A stretch of DNA of 64,000 nt. It comes from a virus. The first letter of the stretch is position 1. Every line of letters begins with the position of its first letter. The stretch is taken from the IMG/VR virus record IMGVR_UViG_3300045988_132576, positions 62,908 to 126,907 of that record; one strand, given 5' to 3'. Under the pieces are notes generated by a model, which worked only from the letters and a program-made list of their open reading frames with translations, was not told the origin of the DNA and did no database searches. Of this stretch, positions 24,357 through 37,700 are shown in pieces. A program made the translations under genes and the position numbers.

Positions 24357-26640
24357 TACCGATTTTCTTAAAAAGTTAGATGAATTTAAACATAAAGTAG
24401 TTTATGCTCGTATTGAACTACTAACATTTGATGAATTACCAATAGAAAGTATAGAGGGTAAGATAACCGGCGGATCAATTAATATTGATGGGACATCTGC
24501 GGTCCGCCGGTCTTGTTCTCTTACTATGGTCACGAATGAGAAATTATATAAACAATATTCTTGGGGTTTAAATTCTAAATTTAGTTTGGCTATTGGATTA
24601 GAAAATAAAATTGATAATAAATATCCAGATATTATTTGGTTTAATCAAGGCATTTATTTAATTACGTCTTTTAATACTTCTCAAAGTGCTAGCTCATATA
24701 ATATTTCTATCCAAGGTAAAGATAAGATGTGTCTATTAAACGGAGACTTAGGAGGAGATTTACCTGCTTCTGTAGATTTTGGAAAAGAAGAAGTAATTAC
24801 TTATAGCTATAATAAACAAAATAATATAACTAAAGATAATTATATAAAAGGTAAATATTGTTATATTGTTAATAGTGAAGAAGAAGCTAAAAAACATAAT
24901 ATTTATTATATTTCTACTTAGAATAAACGAACTACTTATTATGTTTTAGATGAAGAAGAGTTTAGTAATAAAGAGTATTATTTAAGGGAGAGTCATTTGA
25001 ATTTAATTTCAATCCCTATTTAGACTATTATTAAAAAACTTCTTACAGTTTATGGCAAAGAAAAAGAAAGTAATATAATTATTAATGATTTAGATCAATA
25101 TGGTTATGAGTTATTAGCTAATAAATGTGATGAAACTATGTATTTCTTTAAAGATGCGCAAACGAATAGAATAGTTAATGCTTCGATAGGGACAATGCCT
25201 ACTTTATTAGATATAAACAATAATGAAATAACTGATATAAGTAGTATTAAATTTGATAATTTAGATAGTAATAAATTATTAGATGACGTTTCTGAACCGA
25301 CTAAAGTAAGGCTGGTAAATAATGGAACTATTTACACTATTATAAGTCGAGTAACTAATGAAACAGTTGGTTATCGTATTTGTGATTTAGTCTATGCAGG
25401 AGAACTTATTACAAGTGTTGGTGAAAATATAACTAGCGTATTAGACAAAATTAAAAATATGTTAAGTTGTTTTGAGTATTACTATGATATAGATGGTAGA
25501 TTCATTTTTTAGCGAAAGAAATTTTATGAATACCAATCTTGGAATAATATAGTAAAGAATTCTAATGGAGATAATTATATTGAGCCTGCGGTTTATTCTT
25601 CTTCTTCAATTTATTCTTTTAGAGATGGATAGACGGTTATTTCTTTTAATAATACTCCATAGATTGCTAATCTAAGAAATGATTTTTCTATTTGGGGATA
25701 GAGAGAAAGCGCCAGTGGGGCGGAAATTCCTATTCATTTAAGATATGCAATAGATCAAAAACCTATTCAATATACTACAATTATTGTGAATGATAATGAT
25801 ATAAATAGGTATAAATCTACAATGTATAATAATGATATTTTTGATACTATGAATCCACAATTAGAGCAAAAAACTTATAAAAACAAATGGTATCAAAGTG
25901 AAAATGAGCCGGGAGTTATTTATTGCGATTGGCGTGAAGTTTTATATCGTATGGCTGTAGATTATTACCAATATAATTATGCAGATGATTTTACTAGTAA
26001 AGTGGCAGCCGCGAATCCTGATTTTTATCCTTCTGGAATAACTGGCTATGAAACTTATTATGTAGATTTATTTTCTTTTTGGAGAGATATCTATGATTAT
26101 GATAAATTAGATTTTAAAGAAGAAGTAAAGAATAATCCTGAGAATTTAAATTTTTGGTTTGATTTTATTGGGGAAGAAAACGCGGATATCGCTAAATACT
26201 CAGTTCAATTAATTGGAGATAGAACAAAAGCAATTAATGATACTAATATAAAAGTTATATGTTATAGAGATACACCTGATGTATTATTTATGACATAGAC
26301 AGATTATGATTCTATTATTTAGAATAATTATCCAACAGAAAGTGGGTATATTTGGATTAATATTCCTTCTGGATATGATAATTATTTTAAAATTAGTCCT
26401 AAAGGTAAGAGCGCAGTTGATGAAATTGAAGATTTGCTTTATACAACAGCCTATTGTACGGAAAGTGTTTCAATTTCTACTATTCCAGTTTATTATTTAG
26501 AACCTAATAATAGAATTTATATTGAAGATAAAAGAAGTGGCGTTGAAGGAGAATATTTAGTTAATAAAATAACTATTCCATTAACTTATAATGGTTTAAT
26601 GTCTATTAGTGCCACCAAAGCAATATCAAGAGTATATTAA
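24334..26640 (+). CDS. baseplate/tail structural protein (768 aa, recoded)
   Basis: Track ORFs 24334, 25138, 25786 and 26434 share frame 1 and are joined by TAG only. Confidence 0.6.
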
Positions 26641-26653
26641 GGAGGATCACTAA

Positions 26654-26998
26654 ATGGCAAGAAAGATAAGACAAATTCGATATTATGGTGAAGGTCTTAA
26701 TTCTAAGAACTATCCAAGTGATGTCAATATGAGTAAACTAATTACAGGAACTGCATTTAAAAATAATAATCAAAATGTGTTGATTACTCAGTTGGGTATT
26801 TAGACTTTACCAGGAACAAAATTTTATTTGAATGATAGTGCTAATGCTATTATTGTTGGGAATACTGGTATTTATGAGTTAGATTTAGAAGGTATTTCTA
26901 CTATTAATTTAATTAAATTTGATAGAAGTTCTATGAATTTGATTAATCAAAATAAAGAAGCATATCTTATTATAGATTATTTATTTGAGGAGGGTTGA
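26654..26998 (+). CDS. small tail protein (114 aa, one TAG)
   Basis: RBS GGAGGA. The TGA stop is tightly coupled to the ATG of the next gene. Confidence 0.45.
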
Positions 26999-27000
26999 TA

Positions 27001-29274
27001 ATGGGTTTTTATGGTAATATAAGTAATACTTCAAAAACGACCTTCACTTTTGATAGGATTTATAATAATAGACTTCAAATGGATAACAATTGCGCAAGCG
27101 ATGGAGTATTTTTAGGTCGCTATGTTTTAGTTGAGTATGGCCTTCCGGCTTCTTAGTATATAATAGGCTACCTTGACAATAATGAGATTATGTATGATGA
27201 TCCTGTTGATAGAAGTGATTCTCACATTATTTTATGTGAAAAAGGTAAAATGGTAAAGGTTAATAGAAATAGATATTGGTATTTATATACCGGAGATACC
27301 AAATCTGATGGGTCTCCATATTGGAGATATCTTACTAGAATCACTAATGACAGAGTTGATGATGAATAGTATAATAAAAATTATCAAATAGATTATCCAG
27401 TTTATGGACGAGGATATGATTCTACAGTTTGGATAAAACAATATGTTAATAACCAAGAAACTTATATTTAGATTGCTGAATTAAATACTGTTGTTCCGAA
27501 TTTTTCAATTTATCCATTACTTCCTCAAGACCCATATGTTGCGGTTGATAGTACTAATATTGTATATCAGCCAGGTAGGTATTATTATTACGATGAAGCT
27601 GACAGTCATTATAAATTAGATAATAATGATACTAAAACTGAAGGGCGCGTTTATTATTTAGAAAGCGAACTTGGACCAGCAATAACTGCTGATCAAAGTA
27701 GTACAAATTTACTTTATAAATTAAGAGTTCCTACTAATTTTCAACTTGATTTAGATAATAATAATATTTATTATAATAAAGAAGGATTTAGTAAAACAAA
27801 ACGCTCTTATGATAATATTACAGAAAATAGTATTAATTATAAATTAAGTTAGTCAGGATATAAATTTTATTATAATGTAGAATAGGATAATGTTGTTGGT
27901 GAACCGATTGAAGATGGCTATGATCGCAAATCACTTGTAGTAAAGCTTCCTGCTCTTGGTAATGCGGTATGTGAAACTTATGATTTACTTTATGGTCAAA
28001 ATCGTAATGATTCTGTTACTAATTTTGATAAAACTAATGTTAAGGGAGCTTTAAATACTCTTAATAAAAAAATGAATTTAGAAAAATTAGAGACCAATAA
28101 ACTTATTTACTTTTCTACTGAAACTGACAATGATATTAATGATAATTATATGAAATCTGCAACTATTTAGGGAGATAATCTAATTTCAATAGATGCAGAT
28201 ATTGAAAAAAATGGTGGAGCTATTATAATTACCCATAATAATTTAGATGTAAATAAAGCATCAAAAAGTTATGGTAAAGATGTTGATTTTAATACTTTTG
28301 GTTCTTCCATTAATTTACCTAAATTGTTTACTGATAGAGCTGGGCATGTTGTAAAAGAAGAAACATTCTCAATTAGTATCCCAAAAGGCTCTTATGAAAA
28401 TACTAAAGAAGGTAATGTTCTTACTTCTTTAAGTTTTATTGATACTACTGGAGCTTTAAGTAGTGAGAAATCTTATTTAGGTACTTTAACATTAGGAACT
28501 GGATATATTACTAACGATAAATTAAATACTATCACTAAAGATACAACTCTTAATGATAGTATTACTAAATTGATTGATAATAGCGATAGTAAATATAATA
28601 CTTTATTAGGTCAAACTAATAATAGTTTTGGTAAAGATACTGTCCCAACTCTTTATGGTTTAAGACAAGGAATTAATAGTGATAGAACTAGTATTAGTAA
28701 TTTAAGTAGTAAAATTGATATTTTAAATGGAGATGTATCTACTACTAATTCTGTTGCTTATAGTATTAAATAGGCTATTGATAAATTAGATAAAGCTGAT
28801 AACAAGGTAGATAAACAATTTGTTACGGCGGTAGAAGAAAAAGATGGTTTAATAACTGTTTCAAGAAGTGCTTTACAAGAAAGTGATTTGCCTATTACTT
28901 TTGATGGAACTTATAGTAATAGTAATAAAGTTGCTACTATGAGTAGTTTAAATACTTTAAAAGCAAATCTTTTAGGTGGTTATACTGGCACATTAGCTGA
29001 TGTAAATACTTTAGCAAATAGTAAATTAAATGAAAGCGCGGTGCGCAGTCTTACATATAATGCGACTTCTGGAAATAATGGAGCTAAAACAATAGCAGAA
29101 ATGTTTGATTTAATTGTAGAATTATAGAATAAAAATACGTAGTTAAATACAACCATCAAAGCATTATAGAATAAAGACATTGAATTAAATAATTTAATTG
29201 TTGGATTAAGAACTGATGTTGATGCTTTAAAAAATAGCTCAAATAATACTGATACTCCATCTGAGACGACTTAA
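27001..29274 (+). CDS. tail fiber protein (757 aa, recoded)
   Basis: Track ORFs 28324 and 28888 are in frame 1. Ser/Thr/Asn-rich repeats. A terminator follows. Confidence 0.55.
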
Positions 29275-29281
29275 TTTAAAT

Positions 29282-29316
29282 AAAGGGTTTGGTCTTAACA
29301 GGCCAAACCCTTTTAG
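29282..29316 (+). terminator. rho-independent terminator
   Basis: AAAGGGTTTGG…CCAAACCCTTTT. Confidence 0.6.
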
Positions 29317-29362
29317 TATTGATTAAAAAGATTTTATAAATAATAGGAAGGAGTCGATTATC

Positions 29363-29944
29363 TTGCCTAATACATTAAATAAATATGTAAAATTTGTCAG
29401 AGGTTCTAAAACTGCTTTTGAAAGTTTAGGAACAAAAAGAGACAATGATACTTTATATTTTATTTATGGGGAAAATGATTCTTCTGGAGAACTTTATTTA
29501 GGTAGTCGTCTAATTTGTGGTGGAATTAGTTCCGCAGGTAAGTTAAGTGATTTAAGCGATATTGTCCTCAATGAAGTTAAGACAAATCAAGTTTTAACTT
29601 ATAATGAAGAACAAAAAAAATGGGTTAATTAGAGTTTAGAAAATAATGAGACTTTAATTAATTCTATTGTTGAAAAATTATCTACAGAAGAAAATTTAGC
29701 TAAATTAGCTCCTGTTTTTAAGGGTAGAGTTCCAGGTTTAGTTCCAGTTTCTTTGCATGAAACTAAAGGAAAACATATCCTCACTGATGCTGGTACATGG
29801 ATTGATATGCCAGTAGGAACATTAACTTAGGGAGATATTGAAACAATTAGTATAGCTAATAAATATTTAGTAGATAAGGGTCCTGATAATTTGGTAACTC
29901 GTGTTGAAGCGGTTGAACAAACTGTTTCTTGGGCTGATATTTAA
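29363..29944 (+). CDS. tail-fiber N-terminal-domain protein (193 aa, TTG start)
   Basis: Shares an N-terminal motif with the genes at 29959, 31739 and 42175 (…F..GS…F…G……YF…D….Y…). Confidence 0.5.
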
Positions 29945-29958
29945 AGGAGTGAAAAAAA

Positions 29959-31620
29959 TTGAACGTTAAGTTTTTAAAAGGCTCTCAAGCCGAATTTGAA
30001 AAGGTGGCAGGTAGATATAAACCTGGTGCGTTTTATTTAGTAATTAATGACAATAAGTCCGCCGAAGACTATAAAAAACCAAGCCGTCTTTATTATGGTG
30101 TAGATGAAAATAATTGCGTCCCTGTAAATCAAGGCATTAATGTAGTTGATACTACCGCAGATTTACCTCAAAGTTTTAACCAAAATACTGCTGGCGAATT
30201 TTATTATATAAAAGATAAAAATATTTTATGTATCAATAATGGTAAAAATTGGATTCAAACTAATACTGATACTGTTTTAGATACTAGAAAAGAGAATAGT
30301 AATGTATCAGTAAATAACAATCCTGAAAGACCTAATGGAGCTTCTATAACTAATACTATTGCTGATAGTAGTGGTAATATTATTACTGAAACTTATGATA
30401 TTATAGGTAGCGATTATATCCAAATTGAAGCAGTTCCTGCTATTGGTGATAACGGTGTAGACACTGTTAAATTGAGTTTAAAAGGAATTAATTATCAATT
30501 AAATTCTTCTTTAAACGAAAAAACTTTAAATGTTAATTTAAATAATGGCGATACTGGTGCAGGTAATTTTAATATTACCGCCGGTAGTAATGTTAATATT
30601 GCTGAAACTTCTACTGGAAATTATACTTTAAGTGTAAATAAAGCTGTTGATAGTATTGATGTAGCTAATCATGCTACTGGTACTGGTTTTACTGCTTCTA
30701 TTAGTGGTCCTGGTGTTCAAGGGGCTGGTAATAATACAACTTTATCTGCTGATATTGATCCGGAAATTGCTTTAGAAGGTAAAACTGGTAGCTACAAATT
30801 TAAAGATGGTGTTTTAACTCTTCCTGTTTATAGTAAGCAAGATATTGATAATCAACTTAGAACTATTAATGCTATGGTATTCCGTGGCGGATTCCAAGTT
30901 AAAGATGGAGCTATTGCCTATGATAATTCTGATATTGCTGAAATTACTGAAGGTAATACCTTTATTTATACTGGAGCTGAAGATACTCTTTGGAATGGTC
31001 ATTATTTACGCCCTGGTGATTTAATTATTGCTTCTGGGGAAGAGGTTAATGGCGTTATTACTGGTACTATTAATTGGACTTATGTTCCTTCTGCTAATGA
31101 TCCTGTTACTGAAATTGAAGGAGCCAATGATAATAGTACTGCTGGTTTTATTATTAAACTTGGGTCTACCAGAAAACTTTTAGATTATGCTCTTCATGGT
31201 GAAAGTGGTATTGTTTTAGAAACAGAAGTTTTAACAGATTCAAAAGGTCAACCTACTAATTCTAAAGTTGTTACTATTAAACATAGTAATACTTTAACTG
31301 TAAATGATCCAGTTTCTCAATCTTATGCTGATGAACAAACTATTACTATTAATGAGCCAACTGAAATTGATGCTCAAGGGCATGTAATTAAATCTACTCA
31401 AAAAACTTTTACTGTAAAAAATACTCATCAAGAAATTGCTAATGCAGATTATACGGTAAATGGTACTAATACTTTAATTCCTAATCTTAAAGTTGCGGGT
31501 GCTGTTCTTGAAGGTAAACCGCTTGTTTTCGCAAGTAATAGTCTAAAGGTTAATGTTTCCGCGGCAACTAAGACTGATGATGCTAAAGTTAATTTTGAGC
31601 TAGAGTGGGGAACATTCTAA
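29959..31620 (+). CDS. tail fiber / receptor-binding protein (553 aa), TAG-free, TTG start
   Basis: Track ORF. N-terminal fiber anchor motif; Asn/Thr-rich beta-rich body. Confidence 0.55.
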   Translation: MNVKFLKGSQAEFEKVAGRYKPGAFYLVINDNKSAEDYKKPSRLYYGVDENNCVPVNQGINVVDTTADLPQSFNQNTAGEFYYIKDKNILCINNGKNWIQTNTDTVLDTRKENSNVSVNNNPERPNGASITNTIADSSGNIITETYDIIGSDYIQIEAVPAIGDNGVDTVKLSLKGINYQLNSSLNEKTLNVNLNNGDTGAGNFNITAGSNVNIAETSTGNYTLSVNKAVDSIDVANHATGTGFTASISGPGVQGAGNNTTLSADIDPEIALEGKTGSYKFKDGVLTLPVYSKQDIDNQLRTINAMVFRGGFQVKDGAIAYDNSDIAEITEGNTFIYTGAEDTLWNGHYLRPGDLIIASGEEVNGVITGTINWTYVPSANDPVTEIEGANDNSTAGFIIKLGSTRKLLDYALHGESGIVLETEVLTDSKGQPTNSKVVTIKHSNTLTVNDPVSQSYADEQTITINEPTEIDAQGHVIKSTQKTFTVKNTHQEIANADYTVNGTNTLIPNLKVAGAVLEGKPLVFASNSLKVNVSAATKTDDAKVNFELEWGTF

Positions 31621-31681
31621 GGGCAATACTATTTAATAATAAATATAATTTTTTCTATTTTATATAGAAGAATGTTTTTAT

Positions 31682-31719
31682 GGGGAAAGATGAAATATTC
31701 TTTCCCCATATTTTTTTTA
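31682..31719 (+). terminator. rho-independent terminator
   Basis: GGGGAAAGA…TCTTTCCCC followed by ATATTTTTTTT. Confidence 0.7.
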
Positions 31720-31738
31720 GGATAGAAAGGAGTAAATT

Positions 31739-34700
31739 ATGTCTAAAATACGTTTTCGTCCTGTATAGGGCCCAGAAGAAAAAATAAAAGAATATCCTCA
31801 AAGCGATGGATATTTTTATGTTGCAACAGATACAGGCCGAGTTTATTTAGATACAGCAACTGAAAATAAAATGCCAATAGGGTCTAGTGGTGTTCAGGTA
31901 ATTTACGGTACAGATAATACTGTGGAAATTGAATATGATGCGGATGAAAACCCAGTGGCTTATTTAATTCTTTTATCAAAATTATCTATAACAAATTGTC
32001 ATATAGATGATTTAATTTTAAATTTAGATGGATGTTTTTATCGAATTTTAGGTTTTGCTTTAAATGAAAACCGCGAAGAATGTGCGAGATGTGAAAAATT
32101 AACTGTCGCCGGGGCGGGCGGTGGCGGAGAAGGAGACTCTGAACAAAAAGTTTTAGGAACTGTTTCTTTAACAAGAATTCCATCTGACAGCCCTGTTGAT
32201 ATCTTAAATGAAGAAAATGTTAAAGTAAAAGTTTTGGTTAAATGTAGAACTGTTGGTGGTATTCCGCAATCTTCTTCTGTGCAAGGAATTATAACTATAA
32301 GTGAAATTAAAAGTGCTACAGAAAAAGAAGTATATTATACTTCTCCTCCTACTACTTATGAACATAATGTTCCACAAGAAATTGATTTAACTAATATTTT
32401 AAGAAATTCATGTTCTAGTGAGATTAATTTTAGCATTTATTATAATCCTGATGAAGAAAATAATAGATTTTAGAAAAACTCTGACACTATTAATATTAAT
32501 AAGCACCATCTTTCTTTCAGTTGGAAAGAAAGTAGTTTTAGTAATGATAGTCCAATTGATAACGGACAAATATCTGTTAGCTGGTTAATGTCTGAAGATA
32601 TCGCTAGATCTGTTGAAGTTTATTTTGATGACTATTTAGTTTTAGATAGAACTTATAGTGATACTGATTCTTCTTCTGAAGATTCTTTTGTTATTACTCC
32701 TGATACAAATATATTAGGGATTGACAAAGTTTCTACTTTAAAAAATTATTTTACTCATGGTGAGCATATAATAAAAGCAAAGTTATATTTAATGAATAAT
32801 TCTAAAAAAGGCGCGGGAACAGATTTTATTCAAAAGGAAATTGTTATTCAAGAACCAGGCAATAAAATGCCTTTAATTTGGGTGCAAGATTTTAAGACAG
32901 AATATTATACTTATGAGACAATAAGAATTCCTTTTAAAGTATTAGACCCAAATAATAATGGAGCTTTTATAACTCTTTATAAGAATGGCGTCCAAGTAGG
33001 AACTAGAGAATTAGATAGTTCACAAGTTAGAGAATGGCAATATTGGGAAATTACTAATTTAACTGTAGATGATAGTTCTTATTATACTATTAAAGTTGGT
33101 ACTGATCCTTATTCTTATTCTCGTAATTTTAATTTTACAATTTTAATTGATCCTTTAAGAGATATGAAATTAGCAAAAAAAGATAATTTAAAAGTTAATT
33201 TTATAGCTACTGGTCGTTCTAACTCAGAGGGAAAATTAGGTCGTGAAACTTATTTAATTAATAATAATAAATACGTAGAATTTAAAAATTTTAATTGGTA
33301 TAATAATGGCTGGATTTTCGATGAAAACAATACGACTTGTTTGCGAGTAAGTAATGGTGCCGAGGTGTCTATCCCAATTGGGAAAATGGCTTTTAAAGAT
33401 GGATCATCATCTGCTACTATTGAGGTTCAATTTAAAATAAAAAATCCTCAAAATTATGCTAAAGTTATAACTAAATATACTAGATATAAAGTAAGTAAAG
33501 ATAATTGGGAAGATGATGATGCTTGGGATAAATTTAAAGCTCAAAATAAATATCTTAATTATGATGAGTTTTTAATTAAAGAATATTTACCGACAACTAA
33601 TTATAGTTATGATGATTTAGAGTATAATAAAATAGAACAAGATTTTAATTTAAAGAATTTAGTTTGTGTGTATGGTAAATTAGGAAGTTCCGTTTCTCCT
33701 GGTATTTATTTTAGTCCATAGGATGCTGTATTTACGGCTAATGGCGCTCAAGAAACAGTTTCAGTTGATTTTATTGAAAATGAAATGCTAAATCTTTCAT
33801 TTGTTTATACTAAAAAGAAAAGCGATATAGAAGGCGGAAATTCTAAATTATTAGAAATTTTTATGAATGGCGTTTTAACTAGTGTTGTACGTTGTAATAG
33901 TGATGTTTGGAATATTGATTCTGATTCCATTAAATTTATGTCTAATACTTGTGATATTGATATTTATAGTATTAGAGTTTATGATACAGATTTAACTATT
34001 CCTGAAATAGTCCAAAATTATGCTTTTGATAAAAGAAGTATAAAACAATGGGATCAAAAAGACCTTTACGAGAATAACACGGTATTAAAAGATGATGTAT
34101 TCTCTTATACTAAAATGAAAAAGTATAATGATAATCATCCTACTGATCCTTTAATGCCTTATATTATTTTAAGAACTACTAAAAATAATAAAAACAACAC
34201 AGATAATAGATTACCTTATTCTAAAGCAAAAGGAAGTTAGGAAGGAACTTTAGAATTTGTTAATACGGCTTTAGATGCTGCTTATAATAGTGGCGAATTA
34301 GAAAAAGTTGCTATAAAAGAAGGATGGAAACCTGTAATTGAAAAAAATAAAGAGACTGGGATAGAAACAATAAAATATACTGCTGTATAGAATTATTATA
34401 TACATCATTGCCCTAGTTTTATAACTGTTCTTAATGGATGTACTTTTCAAGTCCAAGGCACTTCTTCACAATTTTATCCTCGTCGTAATTATAAGGCTAA
34501 ATGTAAAAAATCAATGCTTTTAAATAGAGGCCCATTTGCTGAGGCTTATAAAAAAGCAGGAGATTAGTATAATGAAGATATAACTAAACATCCTTGTTAT
34601 TTAGAATGGTTTTATATGGATAATAAAACAGTTGGTACTACTAAGTTTACTTTAAAAATAGATTTTATGGAATCTTCAGGAGATTATAATAGAGGGTTTG

Positions 34701-37700
34701 CTAATTTAGTTAATGAAATTTATTCTAAACATCCCGTAGAAGATTATAAAGATTCTTTTGATAATTATAATTTATATGGAAATTTAGAAGATTATCGTAC
34801 TTCAGTGAAAGGATTCCCAGTTTTAGCTTTCCATTATATGTCTAATGATGATAATACATATTCTAAAGAAAATAGCAGTAATTGTATTTTTATTGGTAAA
34901 TATAATATGCTATTAGACAAAGGGTCAGATGAATGCTATGGATTTAAGCCTGATAAAAAGGTTTTATAGAATCAAATTAATGGAACTCCAAAAGTAAGAG
35001 ATATTGCTGAATGTTGGGAATTTTAGAATAATTCAAGAACATATTGTTCTTTCCGCGACCCTTGGAATCGTTATAAATTATCATTTAGGAATCCTAATAT
35101 GGTAATTCCTCCAGATGGAGATAATCCTGAATTAGTTAAAGGCGCTCCAAAAGTTGTTGATTCTTTTGAACCAAGATATAATCCAAATGATGATTTAATT
35201 GCTGAATAGTTATTTAATTTAAAAGACTGGGATGACCCAGATGGAACATAGACTAAGATTGTTGGAGAAGAATTAAAAAATGTAGCTCCTGATAGGCTTA
35301 TTAAAAAAGAAATAATTGATGAAATTACTGGTGTAAAATCTATTAAATGGATTATAAAAAATCCAGATGGAGAAGAAATAGAATTTAATGTTGGTAATAA
35401 TACAAGTAAACAAGAATTGCTCTTAGCTTTAATGTCTAACTGGGAAGATGCAGTTAGTTGGGTATGGAGTACCTGTTTAGATTGTGGTAAGATTGAGTTT
35501 GAGGATGGATAGAAATTAGAGCTTCAATCTATGGGTACTTATACTAAAGTTGAAGGACTTGCAGCAGCTATATACACCCCTAATGAATATTACATCGAAG
35601 ATGGGGTTAATAAAGATGGAAAAATTATTTATAAATTAGCTTCTGAAGATTATAATCCTGAATTAAGGTATTATAAATAGATTAATGAAAATAATAAAGT
35701 AAATTATATAAGTATAAAACTTACAAATGATTTGAGTAAAGTATATAAAACAAATACTTACTACCTTTTAGTTGATAGTAAAAATGAAATTTATGTATTA
35801 AGTTCTGATAAATTTAATTCTTCTTTAGATTATTATTCTTTTGTTAAAAATGAAGATCTTATTGATGAAAGATGGAGATTGCCTAAACCAGTAACTTATG
35901 ATTCTATTACTTATACTAAAGATAGTAAAGAATACCGTCAAGCTAAATTTAAAAATGAATTAAGTAATTTCTTTGATATCGAATATTTGGCTTCTTATCT
36001 TTTGATGACGGAAATTTTTGAATGTTATGATTCTCGTGGAAAAAATGCAATGTTTGCTTCTTGGGGTCCGCAAAAAGGCAATGTTCAAAAATCTACCGGT
36101 AAATAGCATTATATTTGGTATCCTATCTTTTATGATATTGATACTCAACTAGGTATTAATAATACCGGTATCCCATCTTTTGAATATTATATTGATGCTA
36201 CTGAAGAAGGAAGTTTTTCGACTAATGATAGTGTTCTTTGGAATAATTTTTATACTTTCTTTAAGAATAAAATGGTAGATAAATATAAGCAATTAATGGG
36301 AACTCAAAATAATTCTTATAGCCCAAATGATTCAAGAGTAAATAAAATTTTTACTAAAGGCGCAGGAGCAGGGGCTAAAAAGAGCGATATTGTAGATAAA
36401 TGGTATCGTACTGATCCATCAGTATTTCTTGATAGTTATGCCGCTTTAGGAGATCGACCAATTATTGCTTTAAGCTTAGATGAAGAATTTAAATATATTA
36501 TTCCAACAAATTCTAAAGCTGAAAATATGCCAGTATTTGGCCGTTTAACTGATGGAGGTTCATATGAGGTTGAAGATGATAAATATTTTTATGCTTTGCA
36601 AGGAGATAGAAATCTTTATCGCGCGCAATTTTTAGCTAATCGTCTTAATTACATTGACTCTTGGTTGACTGTTGGCACTTATGCCAGAAACGGTGGAGGA
36701 AGCTATATTAGAAGTCGTATTTCCGCGAACAATCCTAAGAATACATCAGATAAATGGATTGAAGGTACTAACACTCAAAATATGGAAGGATTAATTACAA
36801 ATTCTCAGTATTGGAAAAATGGTGCTGAATTCGAAGAAAAAAATCATATGTTTGATGGTGAATATTGGATCAACATGGAACCCGCGCGTAATGCCTATGT
36901 TACTATTGGTACAGATGGAGAAAATTTTCCTTCAAAAAAATATAATGGTTTAGAACCGGTTAAATATGTAGCTCCTGATATTAAAAAAGGAATTATGAGT
37001 AGCGGTAATTATAAAGAACAATTATATTATATTTATGGAATGGATCAAATGAAATCCCTTGGTGATTTAAGTAAATTATATTTCCAAGAGTTTGCAGCTG
37101 AAGGAAAAATGGAGCGTTTAACTGATTTATTATTAGGATATGATGGAAAAGATGAAAGCGGTAATGAATATTTTAATAATGATGTAAATGACTGGTCCTT
37201 CCCAAAAGGTGGAATGCCTTTACTTAAAGAAATGAATCTTTGTAATATTAACTTTAAAAAAGACTAGGGTGCATTAGATTTAACTAAAAGTGAAAAACTT
37301 GAAAACTTTAGAAATACTAAATCTAATATTCCGAGAGTTAATTTCGCTCCTGGAGTAGCTTTAAATACTTTATATTTAACTAATCGAACAAATTATTTAA
37401 GTTTAATAGAAGCTAATTTATTAACGAAATTAATAACTAATTATGTATATCCTAAAAAAAATCCGATTACTGGAAAACTTGAGATTTTAGATGAAAATCG
37501 TGGTTTATATATTCAAGGTCTTACCGATGCTGAAGAAGGAAAAGAAAAAACTGAGATAAGAACTTTTGATATTCGAGGTGGCAATTTAGGCTATAATAGT
37601 TATAAATTATTACGCAAATATATTTCAGCTAGTAAAAATAGTAAATTAGATTTATCTAATTGTATTATTAATTTAAATAATGTTTAGTGGAGTCCATATA

